Shown: in pieces, positions 13,015 through 24,305 of the stretch | Position numbering within the stretch: the first letter of the stretch is position 1 | Layout of the letters: each line of letters starts with the position of its first letter | Assembly: GCA_964016885.1 (NCBI GenBank) | Contig: OZ024745.1 | Coordinates: forward strand, 93,868,001 to 93,932,000 | Source: Eledone cirrhosa | Taxonomy: Eukaryota | Direction: 5' to 3' | Length of the DNA stretch: 64,000 nt | Translations under genes and position numbers: made by a program | Notes under the pieces: model-generated | Database searches by the model: none | The model's input: only the letters and a program-made list of their open reading frames with translations | What the model was told of the DNA's origin: nothing

Positions 13015-16000
13015 TGTATTATGATAGAGATGTAAACTGTATGACAGGTGTAAACTGTATGATAGAGGTGTAAGCTGTATGATAGAGGTGTAAGCTGTAT
13101 GATAGAGGTGTAAACTGTATGATAGAGGTGTAAGCTGTACGACAGAGGTGTAAGCTGTATGATAGAGGTGTAAGCTGTATGACAGAGGTGTAAGCTGTAT
13201 GACAGAGGTGTAAGTTGTATGATAGAGGTGTAAGCTGTATGATAGAGGTGTAAGCTGTATGATAGAGGTTTAAGCTGTCTGACAGAGGTGTAAGTTGTAT
13301 GATAGAGGTGTAAACTGTATGACAGAGGTGTAAGTTGTATGATAGAGGTGTAAGCTGTCTGACAGAGGTGTAAGCTCTATGATAGAGGTGTAAGCTGTAT
13401 GACAGAGGTGTAAGTTGTATGATAGAGGTGTAAGCTGTCTGACAGAGGTGTAAGCTGTATGATAGACGTGTAAGCTGTATGACAGAGGTGTAAGTTGTAT
13501 GATAGAGGTGTAAGTTGTATGATAGAGGTGTAAGTTGTATGATAGAGGTGTAAGTTGTATGATAGAGGTGTAAGTTGTATGATAGAGGTGTAAGTTGTAT
13601 GACAGAGGTGTAAGTTGTATGATAGAGGTGTAAACTGTATGACAGAGGTGTAAGTTGTATGATAGAGGTGTAAGCTGTATGACAGGTGTAAGCTCTATGA
13701 TAGAGGTGTAAGTTGTATGATAGAGGTGTAAGTTGTATGATAGAGGTGTAAGTTGTATGATAGAGGTGTAAGTTGTATGATATGAGATGTAAGTTGTATG
13801 ACAGAGATGTAAGTTGTATGACAGAGGTGTAAGTTGTATGACAGAGGTGTAAGTTGTATGACAGAGGTGTAAGTTGTATGACAGAGGTGTAAGTTGTATG
13901 ACAGAGGTGTAAGTTGTATGACAGAGGTGTAAGTTGTATGACAGAGGTGTAAGCTGTATGACAGGTGTAAGCTCTATGATAGAGGTGTAAGTTGTATGAT
14001 AGAGGTGTAAGTTGTATGACAGAGGTGTAAGGTGTATGATAGAGGTGTAAGTTGTATGATATGAGATGTAAGTTGTATGACAGAGGTGTAAGTTGTATGA
14101 CAGAGGTGTAAGTTGTATGACAGAGGTGTAAGTTGTATGACAGAGGTGTAAGTTGTATGACAGAGGTGTAAGTTGTATGACAGAGGTGTAAGTTGTATGA
14201 CAGAGGTGTAAGTTGTATGACAGAGGTGTAAGTTGTATGACAGAGGTGTAAGTTGTATGACAGAGGTGTAAGTTGTATGACAGAGGTGTAAGTTGTATGA
14301 CAGAGGTGTAAGTTGTATGACAGAGGTGTAAGTTGTATGACAGAGGTGTAAGTTGTATGACAGAGGTGTAAGTTGTATGACAGAGGTGTAAGTTGTATGA
14401 CAGAGGTGTAAGTTGTATGACAGAGGTGTAAGCTGTATGATAGAGGTGTAAGCTGTATGATAGAGGTGTAAACTGTATGACAGAGGTGTAAGTTGTATGA
14501 CAGAGGTGTAAGTTGTATGACAGAGGTGTAAGCTGTATGACAGAGGTGTAAGTTGTATGACAGAGGTGTAAGTTGTATGATAGAGGTGTAAGCTGTATGA
14601 TAGAGGTGTAAGCTGTATGATAGAGGTGTAAGCTGTATGATAGAGGTGTAAGCTGTATGACAGAGGTGTAAGCTGTATGACAGAGGTGTAAGTTGTATGA
14701 TAGCGGTGTAAGCTGTATGACAGAGGTGTAAGTTGTATGATAGAGGTGTAAGCTGTATGATAGAGGTGTAAGCTGTATGACAGAGGTGTAAGTTGTATGA
14801 TAGAGGTGTAAGCTGTATGACAGAGGTGTAAGCTGTATGATAGAGGTGTAAGCTGTATGACAGAGGTGTAAGTTGTATGACAGAGGTGTAAGTTGTATGA
14901 CAGAGGTAAGCTGTATGATAGAGATGTAAGCTGTATGATAGAGATGTAAGCTATATGACAGATGTAAGCTGTATGACAGATGTAAGCTGTATGATAGAGG
15001 TGTTAGCTGTATGATAGAGGGGTTAGCTGTATGACAGATGTAAGCTGTATGATAGAGGGGTTAGCTGTATGACAGGTGTAAGCTGTATGACAGGTGTAAG
15101 CTGTATGACAGGTGTAAGCTGTATGACAGATGTAAGTTGTATGACAGATGTAAGCTGTATGACAGATGTAAGCTGTATGACAGATGTAAGTTGTATGACA
15201 GATGTAAGCTGTATGATAGAGGTGTAAGCTGTATGATAGAGGTGTAAGTTGTATGATAGAGGTGCAAGCTGTATGATAGAGGTGTAAGTTGTATGATAGA
15301 GGTGTAAGTTGTATGATAGAGGTGTAAGTTGTATGATAGAGGTGTAAGTTGTATGATAGAGGTGTAAGCTGTATGACAGGTGTAAGCTGTATGATAGAAG
15401 TGTTAGCTGTATGATAGAGGTGTTAGCTGTATGATAGAGGTGTAAGTTGTATGATAGAGGTGTAAGCTGTATGACAGGTGTAAGCTGTATGATAGAAGTG
15501 TTAGCTGTATGATAGAGATGTTAGCTGTATGACAGAGGTGTAAGTTGTATGACAGAGGTGTTAGCTGTATGACAGAGGTGTTAGCTGTATGACAGAGGTG
15601 TTAGCTGTATGATAGAGGTGTTAGCTGTATGATAGAGGTGTTAGCTGTATGATAGAGGTGTTAGCTGTATGACGGAGGTGTTAGCTGTATGACGGAGGTG
15701 TTAGCTGTATGACGGAGGTGTTAGCTGTATGATAGAGGTGTAAGCTGTATGACGCAGGTGTTAGCTGTATGATAGAGGTGTAAGCTGTATGACAGAGGTG
15801 TTAGCTGTATGATAGAGGTGTTAGCTGTATGATAGAGGTGTTAGCTGTATGATAGAGGTGTAAGCTGTATGACGGAGGTGTTAGCTGTATGATACAGGTG
15901 TAAGCTGTATGACGGAGGTGTTAGCTGTATGACGGAGGTGTTAGCTGTATGATAGAGGTGTTAGCTGTATGACGGAGGTGTTAGCTGTATGACAGAGATG

Positions 16001-17302
16001 TTAGCTGTATGACGGAGGTGTTAGCTGTATGACGGAGGTGTTAGCTGTATGACGGAGGTGTTAGCTGTATGACGGAGGTGTTAGCTGTATGACGGAGGTG
16101 TTAGCTGTATGACGGAGGTGTTAGCTGTATGACGCAGGTGTTAGCTGTATGACGGAGGTGTTAGCTGTATGGCGGAGGTGTTAGCTGTATGACGGAGGTG
16201 TTAGCTGTATGACGGAGGTGTTAGCTGTATGACGGAGGTGTTAGCTGTATGACGGAGGTGTTAGCTGTATGACAGAGATGTTAGCTGTATGACGGAGGTG
16301 TTAGCTGTATGACGGAGGTGTTAGCTGTATGACGGAGGTGTTAGCTGTATGGCGGAGGTGTTAGCTGTATGACGGAGGTGTTAGCTGTATGACGGAGGTG
16401 TTAGCTGTATGACAGAGGTGTTAGCTGTATGACGGAGGTGTTAGCTGTATGACGGAGGTGTTAGCTGTATGACGGAGGTGTTAGCTGTATGACGGAGGTG
16501 TTAGCTGTATGGCGGAGGTGTTAGCTGTATGACGGAGGTGTTAGCTGTATGACGGAGGTGTTAGCTGTATGACGGAGGTGTTAGCTGTATGACAGAGATG
16601 TTAGCTGTATGACGGAGGTGTTAGCTGTATGACGGAGGTGTTAGCTGTATGACGGAGGTGTTAGCTGTATGGCGGAGGTGTTAGCTGTATGACGGAGGTG
16701 TTAGCTGTATGACGGAGGTGTTAGCTGTATGACGCAGATGTTAGCTGTATGACGGAGGTGTTAGCTGTATGACGGAGGTGTTAGCTGTATGACGGAGGTG
16801 TTAGCTGTATGACGGAGGTGTTAGCTGTATGACGGAGGTGTTAGCTGTATGACGGAGGTGTTAGCTGTATGACGGAGGTGTTAGCTGTATGACGGAGGTG
16901 TTAGCTGTATGACGCAGGTGTTAGCTGTATGACGGAGGTGTTAGCTGTATGACGCAGGTGTTAGCTGTATGACGGAGGTGTTAGCTGTATGACGGAGGTG
17001 TTAGCTGTATGACGGAGGTGTTAGCTGTATGACGGAGGTGTTAGCTGTATGACGGAGGTGTTAGCTGTATGACGGAGGTGTTAGCTGTATGACGCAGGTG
17101 TTAGCTGTATGACGGAGGTGTTAGCTGTATGACGCAGGTGTTAGCTGTATGATGGAGGTGTTAGCTGTATGACGCAGGTGTTAGCTGTATGACGGAGGTG
17201 TTAGCTGTATGACGCAGGTGTTAGCTGTATGACGCAGGTGTTAGCTGTATGATGGAGGTGTTAGCTGTATGACGCAGGTGTAAGCTGTATGACAGAGGTG
17301 TA
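13015..17302. repeat. 20-bp minisatellite array, about 4.3 kb (about 215 units)
   Basis: Unit gtgt(a/t)ag(c/t)tgtatga(c/t)(a/g)gag repeated in tandem. Confidence 0.98.
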
Positions 17303-17734
17303 AAGTCAAATTATTGAATAAAACAAGATGAGGGTAAATTTACTTTTGAAAAGTTAGCACATAGTAAACAGGATGAAAAAGGGTAAGGAACTCTGAACTA
17401 CAACTTAGATTCAAATGGGAAGTTGAATGTAAAATTGAAACTAGTTCACATAGTAGCAAATGGAAAATTGTTCCTGTAAACATTATATGGCTTATAAAAC
17501 CTATAATTGTGTGATATCAGGCCACTGATCATCATCATCATCGTTTAACGTCCCTGTTCCATGCTTGCATGGGTTTGGACGGGGGTTTTCCCCACTTGAG
17601 GCAAGAGTGGTTGTCTTGCTCGCATATATTTTAATTATTAATACTACTACTACTACTGCTATTACAACCATTGTATTTGTTGATCTAGTTAAGTTTACCA
17701 TTTTGTGACTGTATTTCTAATATACTCTTCTTTT

Positions 17735-18120
17735 TCGGCCACTTATTCCTGAGAGGGCCATGGAGGCAGAGTCCTCAAACACTCTTTCCAGTAGGTCTTG
17801 TCAGAAGCAACCATCTCCAACTGATCTGGCTGGACCCCCAAGTGTGACCAGCCAAGCTCATGGATGTTATCCAACCATCTTGCTCAAGGTCTACGCCTGG
17901 GTCTCCTGCCAGTTGGTTTTGCCCGGTGCTAAATCAAAACCATTCAATGTGGGAGTTGGACTCTGCCAAGGGTGCGTACTATCACCTCTCCTGTTCATTC
18001 TTTTCATGAACAGCATTATCATGTGCTGCCGGGTTGGAAGTGGTATCATGACTGGCAGGTGTAAAATCAGTTGGCTAGAATTTTCAGGAGGTGATTTCTG
18101 ACTTGCACTTGATAGGTTTC
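17735..18120. pseudogene. Expander/Rex3-like RTE fragment with internal inversion
   Basis: Minus strand 17735-17910: LGVQPDQLEMVASDKTYWKECLRTLPPWPS (C-terminus). Plus strand 17915-18120: SKPFNVGVGLCQGCVLSPLLFILFMN (RT). Confidence 0.7.
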
Positions 18121-18346
18121 AATTAATTAATGAAGAAATTTGGAGGGTTTACTAAATTTATGAATTATTAAGATAGTAACTTAACATAAGTATTATATAA
18201 AATTATATTGAAAGATTTTAATTTAAATAGGAACACTTTAAACTGGGTTAAAGTATATGAGTGTCTATAAATTTAGTTGACCTTTACATTGCTATTTTGT
18301 CATTTAAATGTACACTGGAATAATTTGGATTTGTAATTTATATTGA

Positions 18347-18850
18347 TAAATTCCGACCTTACACACTTACACCTCTCCAAGACAATGTCACTGGACCAAG
18401 ATCTTTGGCGCTACGCAGTAATACAGAAGACCCGCCTTGCCTATGTACAAAGCGAAACCTACAGTCAGTAGGCACCTCTTAACCAAATATACACTCCCAC
18501 CCCACTACCCCTACTCCACTCCACCCCCCACCGCCATCAACACGACACCTTTCTCTGTTAAGTTATGTTGGTACCACAACATCCAGTCCTAAATAAATGA
18601 GGTCGTGTAGGTGTCACGACCAAAAAAAAAAACACACAGTCCACGCTGTAATGAGGCCATGTAGGTAACACAGTGAAAACTTCCCAGTCTACACTGTAAA
18701 CGTGGTTGGTTTAGGAAGAGCATCCAGCCGTAGAAAACCTGCCAGACAGTCCTTTACGAGCGAGACGACTAATCTTGCCTCAAGTGGGACAATTCCCGTC
18801 TAAACCCATGCTAGCGCAGAAGATAGACGTTACACGATGATAATGATGAT
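18347..18850 (+). mobile_element. RTE LINE 3' end (ORF C-terminus and 3' UTR)
   Basis: Highly similar to 47298-47768 (INSDLTHLHLSKTMSLD.DLWRYAVIQKTRLAYVQS.TYSQ*), ends in a (gat)n-like tail. Confidence 0.9.
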
Positions 18851-20768
18851 TATTATTTTTTTCATTGTACTACTGAAGCTAAAAGTAAATCTAATGAGAT
18901 CAGAGACTGCATAAAGAGAGAAGTACTTTAGCTTGGAGTGGATGGGACAACTTCACCCATGTAAAATGATTGGTGACTGAACTGAAACAACATAGGGTAG
19001 AGGACACTTTGCTCTTGTTGAGAACTTGACAACTTCTCTAGTACTGGTGCCACAATAAAATCTTAGAGGAAAATTCAGTATAAGAAAGACAGGATGTATT
19101 ATGCAAAAGAGACCATCATGCTTGCTGGTATGGGCCTGTGATATATAAGGGGGAACAGGCACTTGAGGGGAAGCAGCACAAACAGATATTTTACCAGTCA
19201 GACTATCTACATTCCAGACCATTCTACAGCACAAACTATAGATATTTTAAACAAATACATTTTAATATACTGAGTTTCTTATTTTTCATTCTAAGTTTCA
19301 TGCAAACATGATAAAACGGAAGATGTATAGGTGGAGGTGCGTTTGTGTATAAGAATGCAGAGAGAGAGGGAGGGGAGGAGAGGAGAGATGAGGGAGAGAC
19401 AGACAGACAAATACAGACAAACACACATACAGAATAAGGTGGATGTTGAACATACAAAGCAGATATTTGGAGAAAGCTAATAGAGGAAGTGAAGTGCACA
19501 ATGTAGCGATGACAACAAAATAAATTGAAATCAGAGCCGAGTCAGTGGCTGTTTAGAATAGAGTTTTAAACAACACGCAATAAACAGATCGATCACTTTT
19601 CATTTTGTTTGTCAGATAAGATGGAGATGAGACAAAAAAACAGAGTATCAAGACATTCTTAGAGGTGGGGGAATGAAGAAAGAAGATGGCTACAAAAGAC
19701 AACAAAGACAATCTTTTAGTCATTTATACAACAGGAATAGACTATCAGTGAACTTGGTTCACAACTTATTCCCCAGCTGGAGCAACATTTAACTTCTTCA
19801 ATGACAATGTTAATGAAAAAAGTATGAATGTCTCGCATTCTCATTTTCCTTCACCAACCTAAGGTCTGTGACTATAGTAAGAAAATGAAAATGTTACTGT
19901 GCTCTCAAAACAGAAGAAGCACCAGATTAAGTAATATCAACATCACCATCATTTAACATGTTTTCCGTCCTAGAATTGGACAGGCCTGAACAGACCGAAT
20001 CAGTATTCATACGGGGTTACTGACCACTCACATGGACTGAAGGTCTGCATCTCACTGGGGCAGTTATGTCTTTGACAAAGCTAAAGGGTCCTATTTATAT
20101 GAGGCTACTGACCAACCAGATGGACCTACATATGGTCTCGCATTCTACTGAGAACATTTTATTGTACAGCCAGCATTGGGGTAGTTGTTGCGTCTTTGAC
20201 ACGGCTAAAAGGTCCTCCCAATCCTTTGTTTGGCAGGTTTTCTACAGCTACATCTCCTTATAATCAACCACATTACAGAATGTACTGGGTGCATTTACCG
20301 TGTGGATTGTCAACACTAGAGAGGTTGTCTTATTTTGTTTCATCTACAGATGTTTCAAATTAAATCTTCTTTGCCTTTGAGTCTTCTAATACTGATAAAA
20401 TATGTACCAGGGTGAATATCTAAAATATTTAACCTCGTGTCAATTTATTAATCAATAAATATTTTAAAGTCACTTCTATGAATGAAGCAGAGCATGAATA
20501 AGTCAAAGTGAACTGGAAGAAGCTGAAGAGTTTTGAACAAAATGCCTTGCAGTATTTATTCCAGTATTTAACATTGAATCCAAATATCAAATTGACCTTT
20601 TATTCTTCAGAAGTTAATAGGTAAATTACCAATCTAGGACTGGTAGAGTTGTTACAGTATTGGATAGGACATCCTGTGGTATTCCTGAGTTTTTGGCATT
20701 CTGAATTCAAATCCTGTTGTGGCATATGTAGGTGGTGGACTACCACTATCACCACTTGGGTGTCAATG

Positions 20769-20947
20769 CAGGCATGTCAAACATGCGGCCCACACAAAGG
20801 TTTTTACAGAGTGGGCATGTTTTATCTTCAAAATATAAAATAAAAAATATTAGTTGTAATGCATGCAATTAGTTGTCATGTGTGGCCCTCAGACAACATG
20901 TGATCCATGTGGCCCTCGGGGGGGGGACCCTCAATTTGACATGCCTG
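20769..20947. mobile_element. hAT-Charlie-like MITE within a short tandem repeat of about 50-bp units (about 20740-21120)
   Basis: Perfect 13-bp TIR caggcatgtcaaa / tttgacatgcctg, subterminal gcggccc/gtggccc motifs, degenerate 8-bp TSD tgtcaatg / tcttaatg. Confidence 0.8.
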
Positions 20948-21489
20948 TCTTAATGGATGCCTAGTCTACCTGGGCACCTGGGTGTCTTAATGGATGTGAG
21001 TATACACTACCACCACCTGGGTGTCTTAATCGCTGCCTAGTATAACACTACCACTACCCGACACCTTGGTGTCTTAATGATTGCTTAGTATAACACTACC
21101 ACTACCACCTGGCATCTGGATATATTTGTGTTTATTCTATTGCAAAGTATTCAGTCTGGGTCTCTGATTTGAGGACACCTTTCATCTTCTCCCCCTTCCA
21201 CCAGTTTTGGCAGCCCTAAAATCTCATGATCAATGCCCTACTTCCTGGCTAAGAGATTAAAACAAATACTGTGTTATCTTCAGATCCGTTCAACTTATTT
21301 TTTAAAAAGATTATAAATACAACAATATTTTCTAACATCAAAACTACTACTAAAGAAGCTTTGCAACCAGAAGGATTTCCCCAACCACCAAACAAAGGAA
21401 GTACTGGAGTACTGTTAACTTTACTTCTATTGCAGAGTTCTTTTTATTTTAATGTTACATAATTGTTAAACAAACATAAATGAACTCAT

Positions 21490-22024
21490 TTAACCCTTTA
21501 GCATTTACATTACTCTATATATATACTATTATATTTTCATGGTAAAGGCTTTACCTCACATAATATCGAATCTATGAGATTTTGGTATTATTTATTTTGA
21601 GAACAATACCTTAACATCAGTATGAGCAGTTGGTTACAGCCAGTTTGAACAAAAAGAGGTGAGAGAATTTTGGCTGGATACAGCCGGTTTAAATGCTAAA
21701 AACCTAAACAAACAGAATATCTCATAATTATTTACTTCCACAAAATACACAATTTCAGTGAAACATGGGCAGTGAATACAGAGGATATGTGGAAGCTGGA
21801 AAGAAATGAGGTGAACATGCTTCGATGGATGTGTGATATTAATATGCACGAATGGCAAACTGGCTGTAACTGGCCACTCATATTGATGTTAAGGTGTTGT
21901 TCTCAAAATAAATAACATCAAAATCTCATAGATTCAATATTATGTGAAATAATTATATGAGATAAAGCCTTTACTGTGAAAATATAATAGTATATATAGA
22001 GTAATGTAAATGCTAAAGGGTTAA
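21490..22024. mobile_element. Two piggyBac-like MITE copies in opposite orientation (21490-21700 and 21858-22024) amid an RTE C-terminal remnant
   Basis: ttaaccctttagcatttac... and ...taaatgctaaagggttaa. RTE remnant HFSETWAVNTEDMWKLERNE between them, continuing after 22024. Confidence 0.75.
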
Positions 22025-22504
22025 ATGTAGTATGCAAGAGAGAAGACTGTTAGTATGGACATATAATGCATATAGATGATTGTTGGGAGAAGAAATACCA
22101 GGAGTTCCCAGTGGAAGGTAGAAGATGACCTGAACAAAACTGGTGAGAGCAGATATGAAAATGCTGAAACTCAGAGATGATAGAGGGAAGCTGTGATGAA
22201 AATGACTCGTCCAACCCATACCAACATGGATAAGTGGATGTATGATGATATCTTAACTATAACAGTTTCTTTCATCTAAAAGCTAGATATTTCTATTTTT
22301 GTCTCACTTCTCCCCATCATCAATATCAACCTTGCACCTGTACAAAATTCTATTTCTCTTTTTTCCATACATCTAAATTTGAAGCCTTATGTCAATAAGA
22401 AATAATTGCTATTTTTAACAAGAACTGTCAAACAGCTTAAAAGATAAGGTACCATATAAATGTTAAAGTTCATGTTGGTTGGAGATAAATATATATATAG
22501 CCAT

Positions 22505-22845
22505 GGAGGCACATGGCTTAGTGGTTAGAGCATTGGCCTTGCAATCAAAAGGTCGTGAGTTCAATCCTCAGACCAGGTTATGTGTTGTTTCCTTGAGCAA
22601 GACACTTTATTTCACATTGCTCCAGTTTAATCAGCTGTAGAAATGAGATGATAGCGACTGGGGTCCATATCATTCCACTGCAAAGTGGTCGTGGAGGTGC
22701 CACGGCAAAAAAGCACCCACCACTCACTGTAAATGAGGTTAGTGTTAGGAAGGGCATCCAGCTGTAGAAATCAAGCCACAATCAGTTCCTATCCCACCCT
22801 TGCAAGCAGGGATAAAGTAGACGTAAAATGAAATGATGATGATCT
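22505..22845 (+). mobile_element. Full-length tRNA-headed SINE (family A) with RTE-type tail
   Basis: A box tggcttagtgg, B box gagttcaatcc, central ccttgagcaagacacttta, tail ttaggaagggcatccagc...gacgtaaaatgaaatgatgatg. Near-identical copies at 61001-61351 and 62241-62587. Confidence 0.9.
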
Positions 22846-23204
22846 CCAAATACAGATGTGAGAGAAACCACAAAACCCTCCATCTTAATTCTACTTTTGA
22901 GAAGCATAAGAGCTGTGAAACCAGTAAAGGAAATAAATATTCTTAAAAAGACCCCAGTTGCATTTTCGATTTCTTTTCCTTATACTTTCACCCATGTAGG
23001 ACATCTCATTTTTTTAAATAAAAAAACCCCTCATTTTCTGTATATATATATGTATATATATATATATATATAATTGGTTCGATCATTGCATCAATCGTGC
23101 CTCGAGCTGGTCGCCAGAGAAACGATTGTAATATGTCTAATAAATTTTATTCGTCGCACCACTGATTCTCCGTTTCTTATGTGATATATATATATATATA
23201 TATA

Positions 23205-23445
23205 TTGAGTATATGTTGGTTGTTTACCGACACTTCAGTATGCAGATTGGAGCACTCGATGAAGTCACTCCGGAGTAATGTAAAATAAAATAAATAAGTC
23301 AAGAGACGGGTACACCTCAACATGTGTACCCGTCTCTACCACACCAATTCGGACTGCCAGAAGAGGTCACAGCTAAAGATGGTCATCACCGAAATATATA
23401 TAGCAGTAATAAACGAAGCCAAATTTTAAATATTTGACTTATTTT
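23205..23445 (+). mobile_element. Short dispersed repeat carrying a minimal hammerhead-like motif (probable Penelope-like element terminal repeat)
   Basis: Homologous at both ends to 61354-61640. actgc-CAGAAGA-stem II-GAAA-tatata-TA-gcagt at 23353-23407. 14-bp perfect hairpin at 23302-23337. Confidence 0.65.
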
Positions 23446-24120
23446 TGAGAGAGAGAGAGAGAGAGAAAGAGAAAGAGAAAGAGAAAGAGAAAGAGAGAGA
23501 GAGAGAGAGAGACGTGTTATACAATTAAATGCCTATATTGCTTGAGTTTACAAAATAGAGGGGAATGCAACAAACTACCATCTATCTTGTTCAATGGAAC
23601 ATATGCTGGTAGTACTTTACAGAAGAGGACTAATGAATAAAGCAGTAGCTTAATACATTTTAGTTCACAAAAGGATTATTATTGGTGAACATCACAGAGC
23701 AGTTGTAGGTAAGCTCTTGACAAACTGAGACTGACTCTTTATCATGAATCTTTTAGACCTCCCTTCCTTAGGTGTCCATCACCCACCACACAGTTTCCAT
23801 CCATGGCTGCTGGTTCTGTGACAGATGAACATCATTAATGGCTATCTTTAGTTTCTTCTTTTCAGGTTTTTTTTTTGTTATTTTTTCACATTTTTCAGCA
23901 TTTCTCAATCATGTAGCTGCCAGATGTATAATTAGCTTGCTATTTACACATCTTCAGCTACTAACTACATTTTATCTAAGCAGATTTAACTCATGGTCAT
24001 ACCAGTGCAACTGGTTTCAGTTAATTCAGCAATGCCAGCTGGCAAAAGTAACTCCATTAACTCTTTAGTTACCAATCCAGCCAAAATCAGCTCTGGTTCT
24101 ATGAAATAAAACCACCCATT

Positions 24121-24305
24121 TTAACTCTCACTCTATATTTACAATTATATTTTCACAGTAAAGGCTTTACTTCACATATCAAATATATGAGATTTTGAGA
24201 ACAATACCTTAACATCAGAATGAGCAGCTGGTTACAGAAGGTTTGAACAGAAAGAGGTGAGAAAATTCTGGTTGGATACCTTCAGTATAAATGTTAAAGG
24301 GTTAA
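24121..24305. mobile_element. piggyBac-like MITE copy nested in a second TTAA-type MITE (about 24057-24473)
   Basis: Same internal sequence as the family, ends taaatgttaaagggttaa. Outer element ttaactcttt...gaaagggttaa. Confidence 0.6.

Noticed and set aside
18953-19234. 93-aa minus-strand ORF as a host exon
   Set aside because: No recognisable domain, weak donor site and no partner exons found.
22505-22580. tRNA gene
   Set aside because: A and B boxes are present, but it is the head of a multi-copy SINE with no acceptor-stem closure or terminator.
23075-23185. Hairpin with ctgg-tcg-ccag-aGAAAC-gatt-GTA between TA tracts
   Set aside because: No CUGANGA box. It may be a decayed hammerhead remnant, but this is unsupported.
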